Shown piece after piece: positions 30,216 to 39,342 of a stretch of 64,000 nucleotides of DNA. Origin of the DNA: Candidatus Dormiibacterota bacterium (GTDB taxonomy: Bacteria; Chloroflexota; Dormibacteria; Aeolococcales; Aeolococcaceae). Position 1 is the stretch's first letter. Every line of letters starts with the position of its first letter. Position numbers and translations under genes: made by a program. The DNA is taken from assembly GCA_963709585.1 (NCBI GenBank), contig CAVPXI010000007.1, positions 64,001 through 128,000 of the forward strand. The letters run 5' to 3'. The notes below the pieces were generated by a model that searched no databases, was not told the DNA's origin, and saw nothing but the letters and a program-made list of their open reading frames with translations.

Positions 30216-30232
30216 CCCATTAGAGTCAACCG

Positions 30233-30643
30233 ATGGCCCATGAGCTTGCACTCGAGTACCTCCGCGCGAACCCGCGAGGCGTGCTCGCGACCTATCGACG
30301 CGACGGCCAGGCACAGCTCTCGCCGGTGCTCGCCGGCGTCGACGCGGAGGCTCGCGTGGTGATCAGCACGCGTGAGGGGGCGATGAAGGCGCTCAACCTT
30401 CGCCGCAACCCGCGCGCCGGTCTCTGCGTGCTCAGCGAACGCTTCTTCGGCGAGTGGCATGCCCTCGAGGGCGACGCCGAGGTTCTCAGCCTTCCCGATG
30501 CGCTGGAACCGCTCGTCGACTACTACCGTCGGGTCAGTGGAGAACACCCCGACTGGCAGGACTATCGCGATGCCATGGCACGCGAGCGCCGTGTGCTGCT
30601 GCGCATCACCGTCGATCGCAGCGGGCCGACGACGCAGGGATAA
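30233..30643 (+). CDS. PPOX-class F420-dependent oxidoreductase
   Basis: VLATYRRDG.AQLSPV, K..NLRRNPR, EHPDW..YR.AM..ERR. Confidence 0.9.
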   Translation: MAHELALEYLRANPRGVLATYRRDGQAQLSPVLAGVDAEARVVISTREGAMKALNLRRNPRAGLCVLSERFFGEWHALEGDAEVLSLPDALEPLVDYYRRVSGEHPDWQDYRDAMARERRVLLRITVDRSGPTTQG

Positions 30644-30650
30644 ACTCGGC

Positions 30651-31685
30651 TCAGGCCCCGCCCTCGCGCGTCCGGAGGCTGCGGAGGCGGGGCAACACGT
30701 CGCGGGCGTACAGCTCGAGAAATCGACGCTGGTCAGGGCCCGGGGCGTGAAAGATCAGATGGGTGAATCCGAGGTCCAGGTATGGACGGATGCGTTCCAC
30801 ATGCTCGTCGGGATCTGACGAAACGATCCAGCGGCCGGCGGCTCGCTCGATGGAAAGCTCGTCGGCGAGGCGCTCCATCTCGACCGCGTCCTCGACGCCC
30901 ATCTTCTCCTCGGCAGACAGCGCCAGCGCTGCCCAGTGCCGCGTGTCCGCACGCGCTCGGTCGCGATCGCTGTCGAATGAGACCTTCATCTCGATGGCCA
31001 GCTCGACATCGGCCGGGTCTCGCCCGGCTGCGCGTGCGCCCTCCATCACCGCCGGGAGCAGCGTGTCGGAGTACAGCTCCATGCCCTTGCCGCTGGTGCA
31101 GATGAGTCCGTCGGCGACCCGGCCGGCGAGCCGTGCGGCCGACGCTCCCGCGGCGGCGATGTAGATCGGGATCGGCGTCGCCGGCCGATCGTAGATGGTG
31201 GCGTTCCGGGTCCGGTAGTACGTGCCGTCGAAGGTGACCCGGTCGCTCGTCAACAGCGTCTGGATGAGCGTGACCGCTTCCTTGAGCCGCGCGAACCGCT
31301 CCTTGGTGTCCGGCCAATCGATGTCGAGCGGCGCCTCGTTCATCAACTCACCGGTACCGACTCCGAGCCAGATGCGGCCGGGGAAGAGGGTCCCGAGCGT
31401 GCCCATAGCCTGCGCGACGATCGCCGGGTGATAGCGGAAGGTCGGGGTGAGCACGCTGGTGCCGAGCGCGATCCGGCTGGTCGCCTGACCGGCCGCCCCC
31501 AGCCACGTCAGCGAGAAGGGGGCGTGACCGCCGCTGTGCCGCCAGGGTTGAAAGTGATCGCTGATCGCGGCGGTGTCGAAGCCGCACTGCTCCGCGACCA
31601 CCGTGAAATCGAGCAGGTCGGAGGGACTGAACTGCTCCGCCGAGACCTTGTATCCGAACCGACGCTGGCGAGACAAGGCGCCCAT
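30651..31685 (-). CDS. fgd: F420-dependent glucose-6-phosphate dehydrogenase (LLM class)
   Basis: GYKVSAEQF, SDHFQPWRH..GHAP, GTSVLTPTFRY, ICTSGKG, HAPGPDQRRFL. Confidence 0.88.
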   Translation of the reverse strand: MGALSRQRRFGYKVSAEQFSPSDLLDFTVVAEQCGFDTAAISDHFQPWRHSGGHAPFSLTWLGAAGQATSRIALGTSVLTPTFRYHPAIVAQAMGTLGTLFPGRIWLGVGTGELMNEAPLDIDWPDTKERFARLKEAVTLIQTLLTSDRVTFDGTYYRTRNATIYDRPATPIPIYIAAAGASAARLAGRVADGLICTSGKGMELYSDTLLPAVMEGARAAGRDPADVELAIEMKVSFDSDRDRARADTRHWAALALSAEEKMGVEDAVEMERLADELSIERAAGRWIVSSDPDEHVERIRPYLDLGFTHLIFHAPGPDQRRFLELYARDVLPRLRSLRTREGGA

Positions 31686-31754
31686 CGTCTCATGAGGGCG
31701 CTTCAGATCAGGTCGCGCAGCATGCCGGGGCGCATAGAGCACCGGCAAGCGCCG

Positions 31755-33700
31755 TCATCCGACGGCCAGACCCTCGGGGTCAGGCGCTGCGGAGAAGCCG
31801 GCGTCGGCCGTCATCCGTCGAGCAGATTCGATCTTCGCCATCAAGGCTTCCGGGGCGAAGGGTTTGCCGAGGTATTCGCACTCGAGGTCGTAGGCTCGGT
31901 TGAGAACCTCGGCGCTGTCGAGCAGTCCAGTCATCACGACGATCGGAATACGAGCATGCATGGTGCCCGCGCGCACGTCGCTGATCAGGTCCCAACCGTC
32001 GCCGTCCGGCATGCCGATGTCCACCACCATCACATCGGTCGGGCGCGACAGCTCCGCCACCGCCTCTCGGATGGTCGGGACCAGCACGGTGCGCAGGCCG
32101 TGGCGCTCGAGGATCCGGCGGGCGATGACGCCGACCGCCTGATCATCATCGACGACGAGCACACGACCGGTCGCCGCTGTCTGAGCGATCGGCTCGCGTC
32201 GCGCCTCGATTGGGAAGACGGCCAGACCTCCTCCTTGCGCACGGGCGAAGGCCAGCGACCGCTCGATGCCGGCTGCATCCATCGGCCGGGCGTAGTAGAA
32301 GCCCTGGGCGAGGTCATAGCCGGACTCGCGCAGATGTTTCGCCTGGTCGGCGCGCTCCACACCTTCGACGATCGTCTTCAACTGGAGTGCACGGACCATG
32401 CCGACAACGGCATCGAGGAGATTGCTCGCCACATGTCCGTCGGGGACGTGATCGACCAGTGACTTGTCGATCTTCACGACGTCGACCGGGAGGCGTCGCA
32501 ACCTCGCCAGCGACGACGCGCCGATACCGAAATCGTCGATGGCCATCCCGACACCGAGTGCCTTGAGACGGCTGAGGATCCGGATGGCACCGTCCATGTC
32601 GTCCATGACCGCGGTCTCGGTCACCTCGAGGATCAGACGCTGAGGCTGAATGCTCGCGCTCCGAATCGCCTCCGCGACGATCGCAACGAGGTCATCCGTA
32701 TGCAGCTGGCGCGGTGAGAGATTGACGCTCATGGTGATGTCGGCCGTGTCGCCGTACTCCTGTTGCCAGCCGGCGAGTTGCTGACACGCCTCATTGAGGA
32801 TGCGCGCGCCCATGGGGATGATCAGCCCGGTGCGTTCCGCAATCGGGATGAAGATCGCCGGCGGTATGACATCACCATCGGGATGTTTCCAGCGCGCGAG
32901 TGCTTCCACCGAGACCATCCGTCCGTCGGCGAGGTCGACGATCGGCTGGTAGTGCACCAGCAGGTCGCCGGTGAGCCATGCCGTGCGCAGACCCTTCTCG
33001 ACCCGCACCCGCTCGGCGATCGCTGTGTGCATGTACGGCTGGTACCGCGCAAACTCATTCCCGCCCGCGGCTTTGGCGGTGTACATGGCGAGGTCCGCGT
33101 TGCGCAGGAGCTCGTCAGCAGTCTCGCCGTGCCCGGCTGTGGCGATACCGATGCTCGCCGCCACGGCGACCGTGGTCGTACTTATCGCCAGCGGGAGTTC
33201 GAGAGCGGCGAGCACGCGTCGTGCCACGGTGTTCACGTAATCGCCGGAACCAGATGCCAGCAGAATGGCGAACTCATCGCCACCGAGACGCGCGACCGTG
33301 TCGGCATCGCGGACGCTGTTCACGACACGACGAGCAACCTGAAGCAGCACCTGGTCGCCGACGCTGTGACCGAAGGTGTCATTGACCTCCTTGAACGCAT
33401 CGAGGTCGAGCATCATCAGCGTCACGGATTGCCCGGTGGTGTCGAGGGCCGCGAGCTCTTGCGCCAGGCGCCGGCACAGGAGCGCGCGATTGGGCAGCCC
33501 TGTGAGCAGAGTCGTGCAAAGCCTGATGCGCGAGCGCGTGGCGCAGTCCGCGCGACTTGATCGCGGTCAGCAGCGCGATACCGCCCGCGAGCAGCACCGC
33601 GGCAACCAGCGGGGTGGTCAGGGTCAGGGTCTCCTTTGATCGGCGCGACCTGATCGCCCGATCTGCTGCGACGACGTGCCCTCGCCCGCTGGCGGTCACG
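31755..33700 (-). CDS. Membrane-anchored diguanylate cyclase/phosphodiesterase, TM-GGDEF-EAL-REC; apparent frameshift near 33508, start uncertain
   Basis: QALHD[S]LTGLPNR, LDLDAFKEVND, RDAD I-site, RLGGDEF, EALARW, IDDFG, C-terminal VLVVDDD..VDIGMP..KPF. Confidence 0.85.
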
Positions 33701-33906
33701 ATCCGACGGTGCGTACCGAGACCCAATCTGGGGGTACCCCGTGAGGCCCGTCTGTTCGACAGCGGACTTAGCGGGATCGGGTATCGATGCGCGTTCAACA
33801 CTGTGACAACCGTCACCCAGCCGTCCGCATGTCCCCGTCGGAGCAATAAGCGTTTGTGTCATGCGCGTATCCGGACGGGTCGCGGTGGGTTGGTAGACTG
33901 CCAGAT

Positions 33907-34095
33907 GTGGCGAAATGGGTCGTGCTCCACCTGAGTGCCGACGACGCCTCGACGTATATCAACGTGGACGCGGTGACCCAGGTTCGACAGGTGTCGCTCG
34001 GCTCGACGCGCGTCTTCTTCACCGACGGCACCGACGTTTCGGTGCGCGAGGATGCGCCCATCGTGATCGCCGCCTTCCGTCGCAACTCGATCTAG
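33907..34095 (+). CDS. Small hypothetical protein, FlbD-like pattern
   Basis: 62 aa, YINVDAVTQV...TRVFFTDGTDVSVRE; typical GC3 codon bias. Confidence 0.6.
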   Translation: MAKWVVLHLSADDASTYINVDAVTQVRQVSLGSTRVFFTDGTDVSVREDAPIVIAAFRRNSI

Positions 34096-34185
34096 CGGAC
34101 CGAGCCGGTCGCCGCATCAACGGCATCGGGGGGCGCGCGGGCGAGTTCACCCGTGGCATGGCCCGTGTGGCAGCATGGGTTGCTC

Positions 34186-35287
34186 ATGACAACGTCGCCG
34201 CTGCTCATGATCCCCGGGCCCACGCCGGTGGACCCTGACGTGTTGGCGGCTCTCGCCGAGCCCGTCCGGAGCCACACCGGACCCGAGAACGCCGCGACGA
34301 TGCTCCGGATCCAGGAAGGCATCCGGCAGCTCGTGGGCTCCGCCCACGCACGGGTCTACTGCTTCGCGGGCGCGGGCACGCTGGCGATGGAGGCGGCGCT
34401 CGTCAACCACGCGTCACCCGGCGACCGGATCGTCGTCGTCAGCCACGGGTACTTTGGTGATCGCTTCGCCGAAGCCGCCGGAGCGCTCGGGATGCGCGCC
34501 GACGTGCTGCGAGTCGATTGGGGCGAGCACGCCGGAACGGAACTCGCTTCGAGAGCTTGTGCTGCTTGGCGACCAGCCGGCGCTGGTGTGCATGACCCAT
34601 GTGGACACCAGCAGCGGCGTGCTCGCGGATTGCGGCGCGCTCGCGGCGACGGTTCGCTCGGTCGCACCGGAAGCGGTGATCGTCGTCGATGGAGTCTGTG
34701 CGACCGGCGGTATCGATGAGCGGATGGATACATGGGACGTCGACGTCGTCCTGACCGGCGCCCAGAAGGCACTCGCCGTGCCTCCCGGCCTCGCGCTCCT
34801 GGCCGTATCCGAGCGAGCCCGCCGGCGGCGTGAGTCGCTCGGCGAAGTCCGCGCGTACTACGCGGATCTGCGCCGCTGGGATGCGTCGGTCGACGACCCG
34901 CGCACGTACTTCTCGACGCATGCCGTGTCATTGCTGCGCGCGCTCGAAGTGTCGCTCGACGGCATCTTCGTCGAAGGACTTCCGGTTCGTTACGAGCGCC
35001 ACCGCCGCGTGGCCGGCATGATTCGCGACGGCATGAGCGAGCTCGGGTTCGTGCCACTCACCAATGGCGCGTATCTCGCGCCCACGTTGAGCGTTCTCGC
35101 GCTCCCCGACGGGGTCGAGGACGTGACGTTGCGCAAGGGGATGAGCGATCGCGGGGTGGTGATCGCGCCCTGTCTCGGGCCGTGGGCGGGACGAGGCGTG
35201 CGCGTCGGGCACATGGGGACGGTCGGCAAGTCCGAGGCCGCGCGCACGATCGATGCGGCGGCGTCGGTGGTCGGCGCGCGTGCTTGA
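34186..35287 (+). CDS. Class V PLP aminotransferase (alanine/serine-glyoxylate type), apparent frameshift near 34542
   Basis: LMIPGPTP, GTLAMEA, GYFGDRF, HVDTSSGV, VDGV, TGAQKALAVPPGL, RVGHMG. Confidence 0.88.
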
Positions 35288-36731
35288 GCCCGCCCTGCTT
35301 GGACGTCTGCGCGCCGCGGTTGGCGGCGACGGGATGATCACCGCACCCGCAGCCCTGCGGACGTACGCGTGCGACGAACTCACGGGGCGCCGGGTCTCGC
35401 CCGCGGCCGTCGTGCTTCCGGTGACTACCGAGCAAGTGGCAGCGGTGGTGCGGGCGTGTGCGGAGGCGAACGTGCCGTTCGTCGCGCGCGGAGCCGGTAC
35501 CGGGCTGTCCGGCGGCGCGCTCCCGGTCGCCGACGGCGTCGTCATCGGCCTCAGCCGCATGCGGGCCGTCCTCGGCATCGACCTGGAGAATCAGCAGGTG
35601 ACCGTGCAGCCCGGCGTCACCAACCTCGAGGTGAGCAAAGCGGTCCGGCCGCTGGGGTACTTCTACGCACCCGATCCATCGTCGCAGCAGGTCTGCACCA
35701 TCGGCGGTAACGTCGCAGAGAATTCCGGCGGAGCGCACTGCCTGAAATATGGGTTCACCACGCACCACGTGCTCGGGGCGACCTTCGTCACCCCGCTTGG
35801 GCGAATCGCCCATCTCGGCGGACCGGTGCGCGACGCAGCGGGCTATGACCTGCTCGGCGTCGTGATCGGCAGTGAGGGAACGCTTGGGATCGTGACCGAA
35901 GTCGTGCTGCGGATCGTTCGCGTACCCGAGTCGACCGAGACGGTGCTCGCGGCGTTCGCAACCATGGGTGACGCCGGCGAGGCCGTGTCGCGGATCATCG
36001 CCGCCGGTATCACACCGGCCGCGATCGAGATGATGGATCGTCTCGCCATCCAGGCGTGCGAGGAAATCGTTCACGCCGGGTATCCGGATTGCGGAGCGGC
36101 GCTCATCGTCGAGCTTGACGGGCCTGCCGTCGAGTCGGAAGCGTTCCTTCGCCAGGTCATCGACATCTGCACGGCGAGCGGAGCGACCGAGAGACGCGTG
36201 GCCGCGAGCGAGGCTGAGCGCGCACTGATCTGGAAGGCACGCAAGGCCGCATTCGCTTCGATGGGACGGATCAGCCCGAGCTACTACGTCCAGGATGGAG
36301 TCATCCCACGCACGCGGCTGCGCGACGTTCTCGAGTCGATCAGCGCACTGTCGGCGACCTACGGCCTGCGCGTCGCCAACGTGTTCCACGCCGGTGACGG
36401 CAACCTCCACCCGCTCGTGCTGTACGACGACACCGAGCCCGGCGCCTCCGACCGCGCGCTCGAGCTCGCCGGATTGATCCTCGAGTCCTGCATCGCCGCC
36501 GGTGGCTCGATCACGGGTGAGCACGGAGTCGGATCCGACAAAGCCTGCTACATGCCGAAGATGTTCACCCCCGGCTCGATAGCGGTGATGGGGCGCGTCC
36601 GCGACGCGTTCGACCCGAACGATCTCTGCAACCCGGGCAAAGCGCTGCCGACCCCGCGGCTCTGCGGTGAGGTACCCGGGATGTACCGTCCGCACGCCAT
36701 CGAGACCGCAGGGCTGGCGGAGCGTCTCTGA
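35280..36731 (+). CDS. glcD: Glycolate oxidase FAD subunit
   Basis: ARGAGTGLSGGA, PDPSSQ..CTIGGN.AENSGG.HCLKYG, GSEGTLG, HAGDGNLHP, GEHGVG. Confidence 0.92.
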   Translation: MLEPALLGRLRAAVGGDGMITAPAALRTYACDELTGRRVSPAAVVLPVTTEQVAAVVRACAEANVPFVARGAGTGLSGGALPVADGVVIGLSRMRAVLGIDLENQQVTVQPGVTNLEVSKAVRPLGYFYAPDPSSQQVCTIGGNVAENSGGAHCLKYGFTTHHVLGATFVTPLGRIAHLGGPVRDAAGYDLLGVVIGSEGTLGIVTEVVLRIVRVPESTETVLAAFATMGDAGEAVSRIIAAGITPAAIEMMDRLAIQACEEIVHAGYPDCGAALIVELDGPAVESEAFLRQVIDICTASGATERRVAASEAERALIWKARKAAFASMGRISPSYYVQDGVIPRTRLRDVLESISALSATYGLRVANVFHAGDGNLHPLVLYDDTEPGASDRALELAGLILESCIAAGGSITGEHGVGSDKACYMPKMFTPGSIAVMGRVRDAFDPNDLCNPGKALPTPRLCGEVPGMYRPHAIETAGLAERL

Positions 36732-37948
36732 TGGTATCGGCGGCGCAGGAGCTGCATCTGTTCACCGAACTTGTCGGCGCTGCGCAGGTCCGGACCGGAG
36801 ACACCGCCGATGCGGTCGGCGGCATCGTTCCGGGCCTGGTCGTCTCGCCGGGTGACGAGCTGGAGGTCGCGTCCGTGCTCTCAGCCGCAACCGCGCGCGG
36901 ACTCGTGGTCGTGGCTCGCGGCGGTGGCACGAAGATCGACTGGGGTTCGCCGCCCGAACGGTGCGACGTCGTGCTCTCGACCGCCCGTATCGAGGGAATC
37001 GTCGACCACGAGCCCGCGGACCTCGTGTGCGTCGTCCGCGCTGGAACTCGGCTCGCCGGCCTGCAGGCAACGCTCGCCTCGGCTCCAGGCTTCCGGCAGC
37101 GCCTCATGCTCGATCCCCCACAGGGCGCCGACGCGACCATCGGCGGCGTGGTCGCCACCGCCGCCAGCGGGCCGCTGCGCACGCGCTTCGGCACGCCTCG
37201 GGACCTGGTGATCGGCGCGAGCTTCGTTCTCTCGGATGGAACCGTCGGGCGGAGCGGCGGCAAGGTCGTGAAGAACGTTGCCGGCTTCGATGTCGCCAAG
37301 CTGCTGGTGGGATCGCTGGGGACGCTTGCGGTGATCACCGAGGTGGCCTTCCGCCTCCATCCCATGCCCGCGGCGTCGCGAACCGTCGTCCTCGAGTCGC
37401 GGTCCGTCCTCGACCTGTGCAGGTTCGCCACAGGAGTCGGGCGGCTCCAGGTGACCCCGAGCGTCGTCGATCTCCACTGGCCCGAGGGCATGGTGATGGT
37501 GCGCTTCGACAGCTCAGAGCTCGGCGCCACGGTCCAGGCCGAGCGCGTCTCCCGGGAGCTCGGCGGCCGGATCCTTGCGGGCGATGAGGAGACCGCGTTG
37601 TCGGCGGCGGTTGCGGGGTCGCCCTGGACCGGCCCGGGGCTGGTGGGCGCGGTTGCGGTGCTGCCCTCGCGAGTCGGTCAGTTTCTGTCATCTATGTCTG
37701 CTACATGCGACGCCGTGGCACTGCGTCCGCTGCTCGGCACCGGCGAGGTGCGGTTCGCGCGGGAAGCGCTCGAGATGGTCGCGACCGCGGTGCGAACCGC
37801 CGGCGGCCGCCTGGTGATCAGGCGCGGCGAAACCACCTCCACCGGAGAGCCCGAGGACGGCGCGGCACTCGATTTGATGCGCTCGGTGAAACGGCAGCTG
37901 GACCCTGCCCGAACACTGAGCCCGGGCCGCCAGCTCGGTGGTATCTGA
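36731..37948 (+). CDS. glcE: Glycolate oxidase FAD-binding subunit
   Basis: GGGTK, HEPADL, LDPP, SGP.R, GGKVVKNVAGFD..KL..GSLGTL. Confidence 0.88.
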   Translation: MVSAAQELHLFTELVGAAQVRTGDTADAVGGIVPGLVVSPGDELEVASVLSAATARGLVVVARGGGTKIDWGSPPERCDVVLSTARIEGIVDHEPADLVCVVRAGTRLAGLQATLASAPGFRQRLMLDPPQGADATIGGVVATAASGPLRTRFGTPRDLVIGASFVLSDGTVGRSGGKVVKNVAGFDVAKLLVGSLGTLAVITEVAFRLHPMPAASRTVVLESRSVLDLCRFATGVGRLQVTPSVVDLHWPEGMVMVRFDSSELGATVQAERVSRELGGRILAGDEETALSAAVAGSPWTGPGLVGAVAVLPSRVGQFLSSMSATCDAVALRPLLGTGEVRFAREALEMVATAVRTAGGRLVIRRGETTSTGEPEDGAALDLMRSVKRQLDPARTLSPGRQLGGI

Positions 37949-37949
37949 C

Positions 37950-39338
37950 ATGACCGCGGAGAGCTCCGGCCCGCCACGTGTCCTGGGGCATCCGCGCGCG
38001 GGTGCGGCGACAGCCGCGTTTGACGATCACCACTCCCCGGACCCGGCCCTGATCGCGGACTGCGTGCACTGCGGTTTCTGCCTCCCCGCGTGTCCGACCT
38101 ACCTCCTCTGGGGCGAGGAGATGGACTCCCCTCGAGGTCGAATCCTGCTCATGGATCTCGCGGCGCGCGGCGAGGTCGGGATGGACGCGGAGGTGGTGCG
38201 CCACTGGGATGCGTGTCTCGGCTGCATGGCTTGCGTCGACGCCTGCCCCTCGGGGGTGCAGTACAACCGCCTGATCGAACAGGTCCGCCCGCAGATCGAA
38301 CGCCACTTCGCTCGCCCCTGGCACGTTCGCGCGTCGCGAGCCGCACTCTTCGCGGTGCTTCCCAACCCGCGGCGGATGCGCACGGTCGCAAGCGCGCTCG
38401 CGCTCACGCAAGCCCTCGGGCTCCGGAAGCTGCTGCGCCAGGAGCGGCTGCGACGCCTGCTGCCCAGGACCGTGCGCCGCCTCGACGACATGGCACCGTC
38501 CCTGCGCCTCGCTGATCTCCGCGCGCGCACGCCGCGACGCCTCTCACCCAGCGGACGGCCGGTCCTGCGGGTCGCACTGCTCACCGGATGCGTGCAGGAC
38601 GCCTTTTTCTCGCAGGTCAATCGAGCCACCGCACGTGTGCTCGCAGCTCACGGCTGCGACGTGCTCGTGCCCCCGCTCCAGAGCTGCTGCGGTGCGCTCG
38701 AGATCCATGCCGGTCGGGAGCGACCCGCGTTGCGGCGGATGCGCGATCTCATCGCCCAGATGGAGAACCTCGGGATCGACCGCGTCGTCGTGAACAGTGC
38801 GGGCTGCGGGTCGGCGATGAAGGAGTACGGGGCGCTGCTCGGCGATGACCCGTTCTGGTCGGCGCGTGCCGCGACCTTCTCGGCCCGAGTTCGCGACGTG
38901 ATGGAGGTGATCGCGGACCTCGACCTGCAGCTTCCCAGGCACCTCCACCCCCTGCCTGCTCGAGTCGCATATCACGACGCCTGTCATCTCGCTCACGCCC
39001 AGGGTGTGCGACTCCAACCGCGCGCCGTACTCGGCCGTATCCCGCAGCTCGAGCTCGTCGACCTCAAGGAATCCGATGTGTGCTGCGGGAGCGCGGGGAT
39101 CTACAACCTCGTCGCGCCGCGGGCCGCCGATGATCTCGGCGATCGCAAGGCCGCCAACGTCGTCGCAAGTGGTGCCGAGCTGCTCACCGCCGGCAACGGT
39201 GGTTGCCTGCTGCAGATCCAGGCTGCATTGCGGCGGGCGGGACGTCCGCTGCCCGTGTTCCATCCGGTGGAGTTGCTCGACGCATCCATCCGCGGCCTGC
39301 CGATGGCCGAGGTGCTGGCCGCGCCGCGCGGCCGGTAG
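37950..39338 (+). CDS. glcF: Glycolate oxidase Fe-S subunit
   Basis: CVHCGFCLPACPTY, DSPRGRI, CLGCMACVDACPSGV, two CCG domains, YHDACHLAHAQ. Confidence 0.92.
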   Translation: MTAESSGPPRVLGHPRAGAATAAFDDHHSPDPALIADCVHCGFCLPACPTYLLWGEEMDSPRGRILLMDLAARGEVGMDAEVVRHWDACLGCMACVDACPSGVQYNRLIEQVRPQIERHFARPWHVRASRAALFAVLPNPRRMRTVASALALTQALGLRKLLRQERLRRLLPRTVRRLDDMAPSLRLADLRARTPRRLSPSGRPVLRVALLTGCVQDAFFSQVNRATARVLAAHGCDVLVPPLQSCCGALEIHAGRERPALRRMRDLIAQMENLGIDRVVVNSAGCGSAMKEYGALLGDDPFWSARAATFSARVRDVMEVIADLDLQLPRHLHPLPARVAYHDACHLAHAQGVRLQPRAVLGRIPQLELVDLKESDVCCGSAGIYNLVAPRAADDLGDRKAANVVASGAELLTAGNGGCLLQIQAALRRAGRPLPVFHPVELLDASIRGLPMAEVLAAPRGR

Positions 39339-39342
39339 GCGC

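Larger units (their letters stand above)
28760..30224 (-). mobile_element. Complete IS110-family insertion sequence (~1.46 kb) flanked by the core TAGA (TCTA on the element strand)
   Basis: TAGA at 28760-28763 and 30221-30224; no terminal inverted repeats; removing the element restores a cofD 3' end that overlaps the next gene. Confidence 0.9.

Noticed and set aside
28760-30224. TAGA copies as a classical target-site duplication with terminal inverted repeats
   Set aside because: The ends are not inverted repeats and the enzyme is DEDD type. The shared core is better explained by conservative recombination between donor and target cores.
35058-36695. Long antisense or alternate-frame ORFs (also 21199-22716, 25634-27043, 11445-12908, 43766-45367)
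   Set aside because: They are shadows of high-GC3 genes: Arg/Ala/Pro-rich, without motifs, and overlapping well-supported CDSs. Only the last ~100 codons of 43766-45367 are real (the glucosidase N-terminus).
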